DNA of 63,924 nt, counting the filler, from Malassezia furfur (taxonomy: Eukaryota): NCBI GenBank assembly GCA_052055015.1. It is 4 parts of 4 records of this genome, joined end to end, with 100 filler letters (N's around TTAATTAATTAA, not from the genome) between each part and the next. Parts side by side here need not be neighbours in the genome. Positions count along the whole stretch, not along the records: positions 16,644 to 33,159 come from JBQJIT010000247.1; 3 more parts are not named here. One strand, 5' to 3'. Both the position numbers and the translations under genes were made by a program. This document shows positions 22,794-33,259 of the stretch, piece after piece. The notes beneath the pieces are model-generated. The model did not search any database. It saw only the letters and a list, made by a program, of their open reading frames with translations, and was not told the DNA's origin. Each line of letters starts with the position of its first letter. The stretch's first letter is position 1.

Positions 22794-23073
22794 AATAATC
22801 CCGTGTTCAATAGCATGTCTTGGTTATATCTATTTATCAAGCGTAAAAAAACATGCTTTGACCCAGAAACCTAAGCCTAGGTTCCGGAAAGGGTTGCGAT
22901 AATATGATGACAGAGATAGGTGAGGAAGACGGTTCATCACGGAGATTATTGTACACTTGGGAGGTCAATATCCCTCCCCAGCGCACATCATACTCCGACT
23001 CGATACATTTCAGTAGAAAAAAAAAACCGTAGAAAACACAAGTGTCACAAGCGATGCACAAAAGAACCTTGGA

Positions 23074-24051
23074 TTACTCGGCAGTTTCTTTAGCAATCAA
23101 TTTGTCGATGCTGGGCAGCTGCAGCTGGGAGGACTTGGGCTCGTCATCCGTTAGGATAGGGGGCAGTATGGTTGAGCCTGCCGCTGCGCCTTGTTCCTTC
23201 GACAATGGTTGCCCAGCCGGTGTATATGCATCCGCAAGGGTCGGAGGCGAATGCCTTTGGACGCTGTGAGTGAGGGTATCAGGGCCAGCAGTAGGCTGGT
23301 GGGGGTCGTAACTCGAAGGTCGGCGCAGTAAGGAAGGGGTGCGCCGTTCTGAATTGATTGGCCGTGCATGCCAATTGTTCATCCAAGGATCCACGGGTGG
23401 TCCCAGTGGCGGTTTTCGCACATTAAATGCAGTGGATATGGGCGTTGTGGCAGGTTCGCGGGCGTTTGCCATGTTAGGGTCAGTTGCCGTGTGTACGGGG
23501 GGCGAACGCCGGGGCGGGGCCATTTTGGGAGGAGCATTCGGCCCATCTACCAGTCTTTCTGGCGTTATATTGGGAGGGTACATGGGGACCACCAGCGGGT
23601 GAGAGGACATGGGTACGCCACTGGTCTTTTTCCGTTGCTTCTGACGCTTGTTTTGAAAGAAGACTTGGACCTTGCGTGGGGACAAGCCGAGCTTTGCAGC
23701 GACTGCCTCTCGGACCTGGGTGGATGGAAAGCACGTCTGTTGCAAGAGCTCATGCAAAACACGGCTCTGTTCCGGCGTTAAAAGCGTCCGCGCACGTTTG
23801 GAGCCGTTGGTACCACGGCCTCCCTGGGTCTGCGAACGAGACCCCTTGGCGGCGCCGCCACTTGGTACCTTCCCCAAGTCACGATCGACCTTTTCCGCAT
23901 CGGCTAGGCTGGCCTCGGACGTTTCCGATGTACTCGACACATCCGATTCGCTTCGTTTATAAGCCGGGAGCCGAGGTGGATTTCCATCCTCCTCGTGCGC
24001 AGGCGGTTTTGACCCATCATTCCCTTGCGGAGAATGTGAGTAGCCTAGCAT
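23074..24051 (-). CDS. Homeodomain transcription factor (start uncertain)
   Basis: Homeodomain KRARTLLTPEQSRVLHELLQQTCFPSTQVREAVAAKLGLSPRKVQVFFQNKRQKQRK. Confidence 0.82.
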   Translation of the reverse strand: MLGYSHSPQGNDGSKPPAHEEDGNPPRLPAYKRSESDVSSTSETSEASLADAEKVDRDLGKVPSGGAAKGSRSQTQGGRGTNGSKRARTLLTPEQSRVLHELLQQTCFPSTQVREAVAAKLGLSPRKVQVFFQNKRQKQRKKTSGVPMSSHPLVVPMYPPNITPERLVDGPNAPPKMAPPRRSPPVHTATDPNMANAREPATTPISTAFNVRKPPLGPPVDPWMNNWHARPINSERRTPSLLRRPSSYDPHQPTAGPDTLTHSVQRHSPPTLADAYTPAGQPLSKEQGAAAGSTILPPILTDDEPKSSQLQLPSIDKLIAKETAE

Positions 24052-24593
24052 TCCTTGGCGGTACGGGCGTAGGGGCGTCAAATGAATAGGATCGACCCGT
24101 ACGCCACACAATGAAGGAGAACAGAACAATACCGTGCACAAACACGCGATGACAATTTTATACTACATGCGGATATTAGATTTCTTGGTATGCATTGCAT
24201 TGAGTGCCGCAGTCTATTTCGTGAAAAATTGAACGGCTGGCCGCACCCTTGTTGCCTTGTGAATGACGCAACATCCGACCAGTCAAACAGCCAGATTCGG
24301 GCGCTGCCGAGGTTGGAGCCTTTAATTATCCCTTGCAAACTCCGTCTGGACCAAACACCTCGTGCATGATTGGGCCGGCGAGTTTTATGAATAGCACTCA
24401 CCGCCACTTTTTTTCACGGATTTAATTTCCTATACGCTAATTCCTCCGCGGACGTTTGCCCCGACCCAGATTAACCCAGCCGGACTTAATTCCGAGCGGG
24501 TTCGGCGGCGTACGAATTTATCGATCGGTCAATCCATTTGTCCCCGGACGCGAACGAGGCACTGTTCAGGCACCACCCGTTTCGTTGGGGATA

Positions 24594-25520
24594 ATGCGAC
24601 GAGGGTCTGGCATTGCTGCGTTGGACCGGCGAAATCAATCCCGCGAGCAATATATCTCTTTGTCCCATGAGCTGAACGAATCCAAAGTAGATGAGCTGAG
24701 GGGCCAAATTGACGCATTCCGGCGACAATTGCGCACATTCGCCGTGGCTCACAAAAAGGACCTCCGTCAGGATCCACAACTTCGCCATGCGTTCCAGCAG
24801 ATGTGTACCAGTATGTGGGTCGACCCTCTAGCGGGACGCCCCGCGACGTCAGCGGCAGGTACGCGACTTGGAAAAGTGGGTGAGCTGTGGAACGAGCTGC
24901 TTGGCTTTAGCGATTGGCAGCACGAGCTCGGCGTCCAGGTCGTAGATGTCTGTGTGAGCACGCGCAAGAGGAACGGTGGTGTTATTTCAATGCAAGACCT
25001 CATCGGAGGAATTACCAAGCTCCGACGATCTTCGTTTGGACCGACGCACACTGAGGAAGAGGAGCAGATCGACGCGCACATTACCGAGGAGGACGTCAAG
25101 CGCAGTATCGACGCCCTGAAACCACTAGGGTGTGGTTATGAAGTGTTCTCCCTTCATGGCAAAACCATGGTACGCACTGTACCCATGGAGCTGAATGCGG
25201 ATGCGCTGTCCATTCTCCAACACCTCACGTCAGGCACGTCCCGAAAAGATACCCAGGGTGTTCCATTTGTAACACCGGATGATGCAAACAATCCGATGAT
25301 GCCCACATTACGTGGCTGGTCTACTCTACGTGCACAACATGTGTTGGACAGTATGGTCATGAGCGATGGGACAATGTGGGTAGATGTGGTCCCCCATGAT
25401 CTATTACCGGTTCCCGAGTCCCAGAGGCAGCATTACTATTCGCCTGCACTGGTTGACAGTGCAGTGACACACCCGACGGTTGCATCTGCGTCCAAATCAA
25501 TGGCCACGCTGCAGGTATAA
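24594..25520 (+). CDS. SNF8: ESCRT-II subunit Snf8/Vps22
   Basis: MRRGSGIAAL start, FAVAHKKDLRQDPQLRHAFQQMC, VDPLA, ELGVQVVDVCVSTRKRNGG and RTVPMELN. Confidence 0.9.
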   Translation: MRRGSGIAALDRRNQSREQYISLSHELNESKVDELRGQIDAFRRQLRTFAVAHKKDLRQDPQLRHAFQQMCTSMWVDPLAGRPATSAAGTRLGKVGELWNELLGFSDWQHELGVQVVDVCVSTRKRNGGVISMQDLIGGITKLRRSSFGPTHTEEEEQIDAHITEEDVKRSIDALKPLGCGYEVFSLHGKTMVRTVPMELNADALSILQHLTSGTSRKDTQGVPFVTPDDANNPMMPTLRGWSTLRAQHVLDSMVMSDGTMWVDVVPHDLLPVPESQRQHYYSPALVDSAVTHPTVASASKSMATLQV

Positions 25521-25781
25521 CGAAGACTGTACAGTACCCCGCGCAGGTGGTGGAACCCCGCGTTGCGCGAGCAGGTCATTTAGATCGCGCAGGGCCCAGG
25601 AGTTATTTTCCCACGTGGAGACGACGCGTCATCGTCGCTGATAGGCTGTTTTCGTTATCTTAGTCAAAGCGATTATGCTTGTCTATGCACAGAGGCGTGA
25701 CTGGAATACGTAGGCATCGCGTTGCACCCGAGGGGTCTTCTTTCCGCCACGCGCAAAACTGGTTCTTCCTTCAGTACAACG

Positions 25782-26825
25782 ATGGCACCTCCAGGACAGT
25801 CAGGATTTTCGTGGTCCAACATTGCAGTTGGCGCTGCCATGAACATGTTCGAAGTGACCACCCTCGGTCAGCCGTTTGAGGTGGTCAAGACGCAGATGGC
25901 GTCGAACCGTAGCCAGAGCATGGCCCAGGCACTCCGCACGGTGTGGAGCCGTGGCGGCGTGTTTGGCTTTTACCAAGGCCTGATCCCATGGGTATGTGCG
26001 CTCACAGGGTGTTGAGATCTGACGGTGTGCAGGCATGGATCGAGGCATCGACCAAGGGTGCCGTGCTCCTGTTCACCTCGAGCGAGGTGAACAAGGTGGC
26101 CAAGACCTTTGGCTTCGGCCCTGGTGCGTCGGGCCTGGCTGGTGGCATGATCGGCGGTGTCGTGCAGGCATACGCGACGATGGGCTTCTGTACATGTATG
26201 AAAACGGCCGAGATTACCCGTGTTAAGCAAATGCAGGCTGGCGTGAAGCCGCCGTCGACCTGGGCCGTTTTTGCCGACATCTTCCGCCGCGAGGGTATTC
26301 GTGGTATTAACAAGGGTGTGAACGCTGTCGCGATCCGGCAGTGCACCAACTGGGGTAGCCGGTATGTTGCAAGGCTTGGTGCAACTGAGTACTAACTGAT
26401 AGCATGGGCTTTGCACGCCTCGCCGAGGCGCCCGTCCGCACGTTCGCGGGCAAGACGGAGAAGGACAAGCTGTCTCCGCTCGAGCGTATCTTCTGCTCTT
26501 CGATCGGTGGTGCGCTTGCGACATGGAACCAGCCGATCGAGGTGATCCGTGTCGAGGTACGTCGATCGCGAAAGCTGACCTCAGATGCAATCGCTGTCGA
26601 AGTCGGCCTCGGAGCACCACAAGTCGAAGCCAACGATCATGAGCACGGCTGCCTATATCTACAAGGAAAATGGCATCAAGGGCCTGTATCGTGGTGTGAG
26701 CCCTCGCATTCTGCTGGGCATCTGGCAGACGGTACGTGGGAGGGGCGCACAGCCGTAACTAACCGCAGGTTTGCATGGTTTCGTTCGCCGACACGGTGCG
26801 CGATTGGATCGGCACGAGCCAGTAG
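25782..26825 (+). CDS. YHM2: Mitochondrial citrate/oxoglutarate carrier Yhm2; four introns (41, 41, 28, 37 nt)
   Basis: [57 protein letters not shown] and [14 protein letters not shown]. Confidence 0.93.
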
Positions 26826-26977
26826 AGGCGCGGTGCCGCGTGCGGCCACGCTCCGTAGATGCGATCGCCGTCCGCTCCCCGCACGCGTAGTGTCCTCGAC
26901 CACGTGGATCTGTCGCTGGGTCCCGGGCCACATCATGTGACTGATCGGTGCGGAGGCACGAGCTGTCCGTGCGGAGG

Positions 26978-26983
26978 TATAAA
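26978..26983 (+). promoter_or_regulatory. Putative TATA box of DAK1
   Basis: TATAAA ~50 nt upstream of the ATG in a GC-rich context. Confidence 0.5.
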
Positions 26984-27029
26984 GGGTCCGCGTACCCTGG
27001 CTCGCGGCTCGGCACGAAGCGACTTCCTC

Positions 27030-28895
27030 ATGTCAACCAAGCACATCTTCGAAGATGCCGCCGGCCTTGTGGACAAGGCCGTGCTTGGCGCTGCGCTGGC
27101 CAACCCTTCGCTGCGTGTCTATGCTCCTCATCGCGTCGTGTATGACGCTGAACACGATCGGAAGAAGGTTGCGCTGATTGCAGGTGGTGGTGCCGGCCAT
27201 GAGCCGTCGTTCACAGGCCTGGTCGGCAAGGGCCTGCTGACCGTTGCGGTGTCTGGCGACATTTTTGCGTCGCCGTCGGCTGCGCAGATTCTGTCCGGTG
27301 TCGATCTGGCCGCGACGGACAAGGGTCTGGTGGTGATTGTGAACAACTACACGGGTGACTGCCTCAACTTCGGCCTGGCTGCCGAGAAGGCGCGCTCGGC
27401 GTTCAACAGTGAGGGCGGCGACAAGCACGTCGAGATGGTGATCGTCGGCGATGATGTGTCGGTCGGCCGCACCAAGGGCGGTCTGGTGGGCCGCCGTGGT
27501 CTGACGGGTGCGCCGTTCGTGTGCAAGGCGCTTGGTGCCGCGGCCGAGGACGGCAAAGATGCGAAGACGCTTGGCAAGATTGGCCGCGCGATCGTGAACA
27601 ACGTCGTGACGGTTGGCTCGTCGCTCGACCACTGCCATGTGCCCGGCCGCTCGAAGGACGACGAGGAGCGTGGTGCGCTCGGCCCCAACGCCATCGAGAT
27701 CGGTATGGGCATCCACAACGAGCCTGGTGTGAAGCACATCGAGGACAAGCCGGATGCGGACAAGTTGCTGTCGGACATGCTGACGCTGCTGCTTGACCAG
27801 AACGACAAGGAGCGTGCGTTTGTGCCGTTCGACAAGGACGCCGACCCGGTGCTGGTGATCAACAACCTGGGTGGCATGAGCAACCTCGAGCTTTCGGCGA
27901 TCGCCGCCGAGGTCGAGCGCAAGCTGCTCAAGGAGTGGCAGCTGCGCCCGGTGCGCGTGTATGTGGGCACGTACATTACCTCGCTCAACGCGCCCGGCTT
28001 CAACATCTCGCTCTTTAACCACAAGCGTATCACGGAGGAGTGCGGCGTCGACTTCCTGTCGCTGCTTGATGCGCCCACGGACGCTGCGAACTGGGTCGGC
28101 GTCGGCCACGGATGGAGCAACACGCCGTCGGTGCCGCAGCCCGACGAGCAGCTCGAGGAGAGCAAGGCGCTGCTCAAGAAGAAGCAGGCCTCGGGCCATG
28201 GCGTGAGCGGCAGCGCCACCGAGGGTGCCGCGGCGTCCAACGGCCCCGTGAACGGCGACGAGACGCTCACGCGCAAGGTGGTCGCGAACGCGTGCCAGGC
28301 GGTGATCGATATTGAGCCGACGCTCACCAAGTACGACACGATTGTCGGTGATGGCGATGCCGGTGAGACGCTGCGTGGATGCGGTGAGGCGGTGCTTGCC
28401 GCGCTCAACAAGAACGAGATCCCGCTCGACCGCGCGACGGCGACGGTGCTTGGCATCGGCCAAGTGATTGAGTCGCACATGGGCGGCACCTCGGGTGCGA
28501 TCTACGCGCTCTTCTTCACGGGTCTCGTGCAGGGCCTGCTCGAGAGCACGAAGGACACCAGCGAGGCGGCTGGCACCAAGCACTGGGGCCACGCGGCGGC
28601 CGTCGCACTCGACAACCTGGGCCACTACACCCCGGCGCGCCCTGGCGACCGCACGCTCGTCGACGCGCTCGATCCGTTCGCCAAGACGCTCGACCAGCAG
28701 GGTCAGCAGGGCGCTGCGGCCAAGCAGGCGCTGCAGGCCGCCGTCGATGCCGCCAAGCAGGGCGCCGAGCACACGCGCGACCTCACCGCGCGCCTGGGCC
28801 GTGCGACGTATGTCGGCGAGACCTCGGAGAAGGTTCCGGACCCGGGCGCATGGGGCGTGTGGGCGCTCGTTAAGGGCATTGCCGACACGTTCTAA
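27030..28895 (+). CDS. DAK1: Dihydroxyacetone kinase (DAK1+DAK2 domains)
   Basis: GGGAGHEP, NNYTGDCLNFG, EIGMGIHNEPG, VGDGDAGET, MGGTSGA and PDPGA. Confidence 0.96.
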   Translation: MSTKHIFEDAAGLVDKAVLGAALANPSLRVYAPHRVVYDAEHDRKKVALIAGGGAGHEPSFTGLVGKGLLTVAVSGDIFASPSAAQILSGVDLAATDKGLVVIVNNYTGDCLNFGLAAEKARSAFNSEGGDKHVEMVIVGDDVSVGRTKGGLVGRRGLTGAPFVCKALGAAAEDGKDAKTLGKIGRAIVNNVVTVGSSLDHCHVPGRSKDDEERGALGPNAIEIGMGIHNEPGVKHIEDKPDADKLLSDMLTLLLDQNDKERAFVPFDKDADPVLVINNLGGMSNLELSAIAAEVERKLLKEWQLRPVRVYVGTYITSLNAPGFNISLFNHKRITEECGVDFLSLLDAPTDAANWVGVGHGWSNTPSVPQPDEQLEESKALLKKKQASGHGVSGSATEGAAASNGPVNGDETLTRKVVANACQAVIDIEPTLTKYDTIVGDGDAGETLRGCGEAVLAALNKNEIPLDRATATVLGIGQVIESHMGGTSGAIYALFFTGLVQGLLESTKDTSEAAGTKHWGHAAAVALDNLGHYTPARPGDRTLVDALDPFAKTLDQQGQQGAAAKQALQAAVDAAKQGAEHTRDLTARLGRATYVGETSEKVPDPGAWGVWALVKGIADTF

Positions 28896-28998
28896 GTGGG
28901 TCGGTCTGTATAGGCTGATAGTACATACCTACGTGCATGCCATCCAAGGGTCGATGGCGTCGGCGCAGGTCGACGCACAAGCCGCACGAGCCCGGCCC

Positions 28999-31900
28999 CT
29001 AGACGGCCCACGCCGCCTCGTCGTCTTTGCCATCGACCAGCGGCTGCGCGAGTTGCTGCACCGCAAGCGTGCACTGCGGACATGCACCCGCGACGATGGC
29101 ATTCATCTCGCTGCGCACCGCATCGACGTCAGCAAGCATCTGCATCGACGCGGCGTCCTGCGCCGGCACACCGTCTGCCGTGCCGGCCGCCGCGCGCGCC
29201 GCGGCGGGCTGTGTGGCCCGTGCGCCGCCGCTGGGCTCCGCAAAGGGGTCGAGCGGCGCCAGGACGCGGCGCCCGCTCGCGACGCCTACGCTGAAACCCG
29301 TGCTGATCGCGTCGACGATCGCCTGCGGCCGCACATGCTCGCGGAGCTTGTCGAGGCGGAGCGCGCTCCATCCCGCGGCACCTGCCGTGCCGAGGGCGCG
29401 GCTCGGAGTGGTGGGCCCCGACGCGCCGTCGGCGTCCGCCGCAGGCTGTGTGTAGGCCTCGAGCTCCGCCTGCAACTGGAGGAGGCGGCGGAGGCGGCGC
29501 GGCGGGAGGTGCTGGGTGACCTCGCGCGTGAGGCAGTCGGCGTGGTAGCCGTGGTGGCACGGGAAGAGGTACATATGCCGCTGGAGCAACGGTGCGCCGC
29601 ACGTCTCGCACGGCTGACCCGCGTCGAGGTGTACGAACTGCGTCGACAGTGCGCCAATCTCGCGCTGGATATGGTCGGCGGTGTGGGTCGTGCGGTCCAT
29701 CTCGGCCTTGAGCGCGTCGATGCGCTGGACGTAGGTGTCGAGCATCTCACAGATCTCATCCTGGAAGCCATCGATCACGACAAAGTCGGGGAAAAGCGGC
29801 AGAACATCCTCGAGCGTGAGCAGCGACGTGCGCTGCAAAAAGGCCATGGCGTCCTGCACGCCGTGCTCGGCGCGGATCACCTGTGCGGCACACTGCAGCC
29901 AGAGTTTCTTGCGCACGTCGCGGTTCGGTGCGAGCTCGGCACAGCGGCATGCGAGGTTCACATCGCCCGCCTCGAGCGCGAGATGCACCGCATTTTCATG
30001 GCGCTCCATGCGCGCATACAGGCGCACACACGCGTCGTGCAGCGTATGCCTCGTACACAGCCGCAGCGCATAGTCCAGGTCGAAGTAGACGCGGCCGCCC
30101 GTGCGCTGCCCCTCGATACACGTCTGCAGCGCGTCGCGTGCGGCGCTGCGCACCGCCTCCGGCTGCGCTGTGTCAGCGGCACGCGCCGCGAGCCGCGTGA
30201 GCAGCAGGTTGTGCACGGCGACAGCCTCGCTACGCTGCTCGTAAGCAACATGCATCAGGTAGTCGAGCGCGACGTCGGCAGCGCCTGGCGGCGCGCGGTG
30301 CTGCAGCAGCGCAGGAATGAGGCGCACTGCGTCGAGCCCCGTGTGCCGCTTCCAGCACACCACCGTCTCGGCCGGCGCGTGCTGCATCAGGGGCACCGAG
30401 AAGACGTAGTATAGCGCGACATCGTCGTGTGCTGCAAGCGTCCGCAGCGCCTCGTCGTACGCCGCACGTTCGATGGCGCGCGCGACGATGCGTCGCGTGT
30501 CGCCGATGGCCTCGGCATACGCGAGCCACATGTCGTCGCGGCCATGGCGGGCGAGGAGTGCATACGTGGTGGTGCGGTCGAGTGCCTTGGCGTACGTAGA
30601 GAAGAGTGCGCGCAGACCGCGTTCGAGCGCGGCCTGCGAGGTGCTCGAGGCGGAGATCGCGGGCGCGGCGTCCTGGGCCCCGTCCTCGGCCGCTGCCGGA
30701 ACGGTCTCCTTGGCGGCCTCGGTCACGGCATCCTCGGCACGGTCCAGAGCACCAAGGTACAGCTCGACGAGCCACGTCGCGAGCATCAGCCGTGCCGTCT
30801 TCTCGCTCGCCCGCAGGCCATCGAGCCGCTGCTGGACGTACGCACGCAGCGCGTCGTGTGCACCGCGCGCGACAAGCGCCAGGACAACTGTATCAAACGA
30901 GCGCTCGCGTGTCTGGGCATACACGGCCGCTGCGTCGTCGGCGTGGCCGGTGCGCAACAGCGCATCGCCCTGGGCGGCAAGCACCTGCGCGCGCGCCGCG
31001 TCGTCCGGCGCATACACCAGTGCATCGTCATACACGCCGCGCGAAAGCCAGATGCGCCACACGTCACGCGCCTCGTCGGTGACGATCAGTTCGAAGATGC
31101 TCGTTGCGGTGTACACCCAGCACGAGTGGCACACCGCATCCACCGACACACCCAGCACCGTCTCGTGCGGGGCGAGCGGAAGCGGCGCATCCCACGACTC
31201 CGACTCGTCCAGTGTGTGGAGGCAGCGGATCCGGTCGGCGTACACCAGCACCCAGTGGAATGCCGTGCGCGCGACAAAGCGGGGGACGCCGCGCGCGTAG
31301 GTAAGCAGTCCTGCCTTTTCGAGGAAGTCGTGCTGGGGGTGCGCGTCGAGGTTCATCTGGACGTGATACAGCCCCGCACCGGTGTGCCATACGAGCGCAC
31401 GGCGGTTGGCATCTCCGGCGCCTGCCGTGGTGCTGAGGAGCGACGCGGCATCGTACTCGCTGGGGAGCTCAATCTTAAGGTGCGTCTGCAATGTGTCGCG
31501 GTACGGCTGGAACACGGCATCCAGTACGCTCGCGGGCGCATCAACCCCGCTCTCGCTCGTCGGCCCGCTAAATTCGTACAGCCGCGTCGCGGTTGCCAGC
31601 ACGACGTAGGCCGTGGCCGCGGGCTGCACCCATGCAGCGCCGGCGATGGGCTGCGCGTCGCTCAGCACAAACACGCGGCGCACGTCGCGCTCGACAGCGC
31701 CCGTGTACTCGGCATGCGCGCCCGTCGTCTTGCGCGCGAGGCGATCGAAAAAGTCGGCGCGCGGCGCGGGTCCTGCAGCGGAGGGCGCGGCGACCTGCAC
31801 CGCACAAATGGCCTCCCACACCTCGCCGGATGCCGTACCAAGCAGGATGGGCGGCGTCGCTACCCACCGCCGGCCGCTCGGCGCCGCACCAAGTGACGCA

Positions 31901-32403
31901 CGGGGGCTAAGCGCTGCCGGACCCCAGGCGACGGCCGTCAGTACGAGGCCGGTGAGCCGCGGTAGCAGGCGCGCACGTGCGAGTGCCGGTGTCCAGTAGT
32001 AAGTGTGGCCGCTTGTAAGCCATACGAGTGCGTGCTCCGCACTCGGGTCGACATACAGCCGCGAGCCTTGGGCCGTTGCGCGCGGCTGCGCACGCGCCGT
32101 TGGCGGCATCGGCACGAGTCCCTCGTGCGTGCGCGCAGGGTCGTCGAGGTCGACCCACACGAGGCGCAGCAGGGTGCCGTCTGTGCTACCGGCCGCATGC
32201 ATGCACAGCACCATCTTGTTCGACGCGACGGCGAACTGCACCAGCGGCGCGGGGAGCGCATACTGTACGTGCCCTAGCTCAAACATAGGCGTCGCGGGCG
32301 TTGCATCGGCATGCTCCTCGCTCACGGATGCGTGCGACTGCCAGTGTGGTGGCGACGACGCGGCAATATATAGGCCCAAGCCGCCGTCCTCGCCGAGCGC
32401 CAT
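28999..32403 (-). CDS. PEP3: HOPS/CORVET subunit Vps18/Pep3
   Basis: N-terminal propeller (ATATRLYEF, TAFHWVL), DEARDVWRIWL, LEDVLPLFPDFVVIDGF and C-terminal RING CETCG...FPCHHGYHADCL...CPQC. Confidence 0.92.
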   Translation of the reverse strand: MALGEDGGLGLYIAASSPPHWQSHASVSEEHADATPATPMFELGHVQYALPAPLVQFAVASNKMVLCMHAAGSTDGTLLRLVWVDLDDPARTHEGLVPMPPTARAQPRATAQGSRLYVDPSAEHALVWLTSGHTYYWTPALARARLLPRLTGLVLTAVAWGPAALSPRASLGAAPSGRRWVATPPILLGTASGEVWEAICAVQVAAPSAAGPAPRADFFDRLARKTTGAHAEYTGAVERDVRRVFVLSDAQPIAGAAWVQPAATAYVVLATATRLYEFSGPTSESGVDAPASVLDAVFQPYRDTLQTHLKIELPSEYDAASLLSTTAGAGDANRRALVWHTGAGLYHVQMNLDAHPQHDFLEKAGLLTYARGVPRFVARTAFHWVLVYADRIRCLHTLDESESWDAPLPLAPHETVLGVSVDAVCHSCWVYTATSIFELIVTDEARDVWRIWLSRGVYDDALVYAPDDAARAQVLAAQGDALLRTGHADDAAAVYAQTRERSFDTVVLALVARGAHDALRAYVQQRLDGLRASEKTARLMLATWLVELYLGALDRAEDAVTEAAKETVPAAAEDGAQDAAPAISASSTSQAALERGLRALFSTYAKALDRTTTYALLARHGRDDMWLAYAEAIGDTRRIVARAIERAAYDEALRTLAAHDDVALYYVFSVPLMQHAPAETVVCWKRHTGLDAVRLIPALLQHRAPPGAADVALDYLMHVAYEQRSEAVAVHNLLLTRLAARAADTAQPEAVRSAARDALQTCIEGQRTGGRVYFDLDYALRLCTRHTLHDACVRLYARMERHENAVHLALEAGDVNLACRCAELAPNRDVRKKLWLQCAAQVIRAEHGVQDAMAFLQRTSLLTLEDVLPLFPDFVVIDGFQDEICEMLDTYVQRIDALKAEMDRTTHTADHIQREIGALSTQFVHLDAGQPCETCGAPLLQRHMYLFPCHHGYHADCLTREVTQHLPPRRLRRLLQLQAELEAYTQPAADADGASGPTTPSRALGTAGAAGWSALRLDKLREHVRPQAIVDAISTGFSVGVASGRRVLAPLDPFAEPSGGARATQPAAARAAAGTADGVPAQDAASMQMLADVDAVRSEMNAIVAGACPQCTLAVQQLAQPLVDGKDDEAAWAV

Positions 32404-32616
32404 CGTTGCAGCGGACGTGCGGCGCGGAGCGTCGGAAGGTGGAGGGTGGAGGCCGACCGGCGCGCCCCGCCAGGCCCGAGCGAGGCCAGGCGGCCGCCGG
32501 CGCGTGCTCCCCCACACACGCGGTGCGCGCACGGCCTTGTACACCGATCACACCCGGGCATCCGCGTGCACTCATAGCACGCCACCACGCCTACACACAC
32601 ACAAACTCGGTTCTCG

Positions 32617-33159
32617 CTACGTATTCAGTTTCGCGATCAAAAACTTGACGCCCACCAGCGCCGTCGCCAAGTCGCCCGACGCCATCGTTGCGATCTGCAC
32701 ATGCAGCTGCAGCGCGCCCTGCTGGTCGCGCGCACGGATCGCGTGCGCAAGCTGCAGGAGCAGCGGCGCGAGCTTGTCCTCCACCAGGCCGTTGTTGAGC
32801 AGGTCGAGCAGCAGCTGCACACGGCGGTCGGCGTCGTCCAGGATGCGCTTGGGCTGTGCATTGATCGCATGCAGGCGCTGCACCTCACTGGACAGCGTAT
32901 CGGCCACGGGGCGCAGCTGCGGCGCAATGTGTGTCCGGTCGCCACGGGGGTGTACGAACCCGGGCTTCTGCGCCATCTGCGGCGTGGGCGGCGCACCGAA
33001 CCCACCGCCCGCCGGCGTGCCGGAGCGCGGCGTGGGCGGCACGACATGAGCGTCCCGCCGGGCGCGCCGCGCGGCGCGCGGGACGCGCCTGACGCGCACG
33101 GCAGGGCGCCCGGCACGGACGTGTACCATGCGTTCTTTGCCGCGTTTGCGCGCCTCGGT
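32617..33159 (-). CDS. SEC31: C-terminal SRA1/Sec31-type helical domain, probably the 3' end of Sec31 (5' part beyond contig)
   Basis: Pro-rich linker followed by HPRGDRTHI...LDDADRRVQLLLDLLNN...ALQLHVQI...VGVKFLI. The reading frame is ambiguous in the last ~110 nt before the gap. Confidence 0.6.
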   Translation of the reverse strand, partial: TEARKRGKERMVHVRAGRPAVRVRRVPRAARRARRDAHVVPPTPRSGTPAGGGFGAPPTPQMAQKPGFVHPRGDRTHIAPQLRPVADTLSSEVQRLHAINAQPKRILDDADRRVQLLLDLLNNGLVEDKLAPLLLQLAHAIRARDQQGALQLHVQIATMASGDLATALVGVKFLIAKLNT

Positions 33160-33259
33160 NNNNNNNNNNNNNNNNNNNNNNNNNNNNNNNNNNNNNNNNN
33201 NNNTTAATTAATTAANNNNNNNNNNNNNNNNNNNNNNNNNNNNNNNNNNNNNNNNNNNN
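33160..33259. other. Artificial contig spacer
   Basis: N44-TTAATTAATTAA-N44. Confidence 0.97.
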
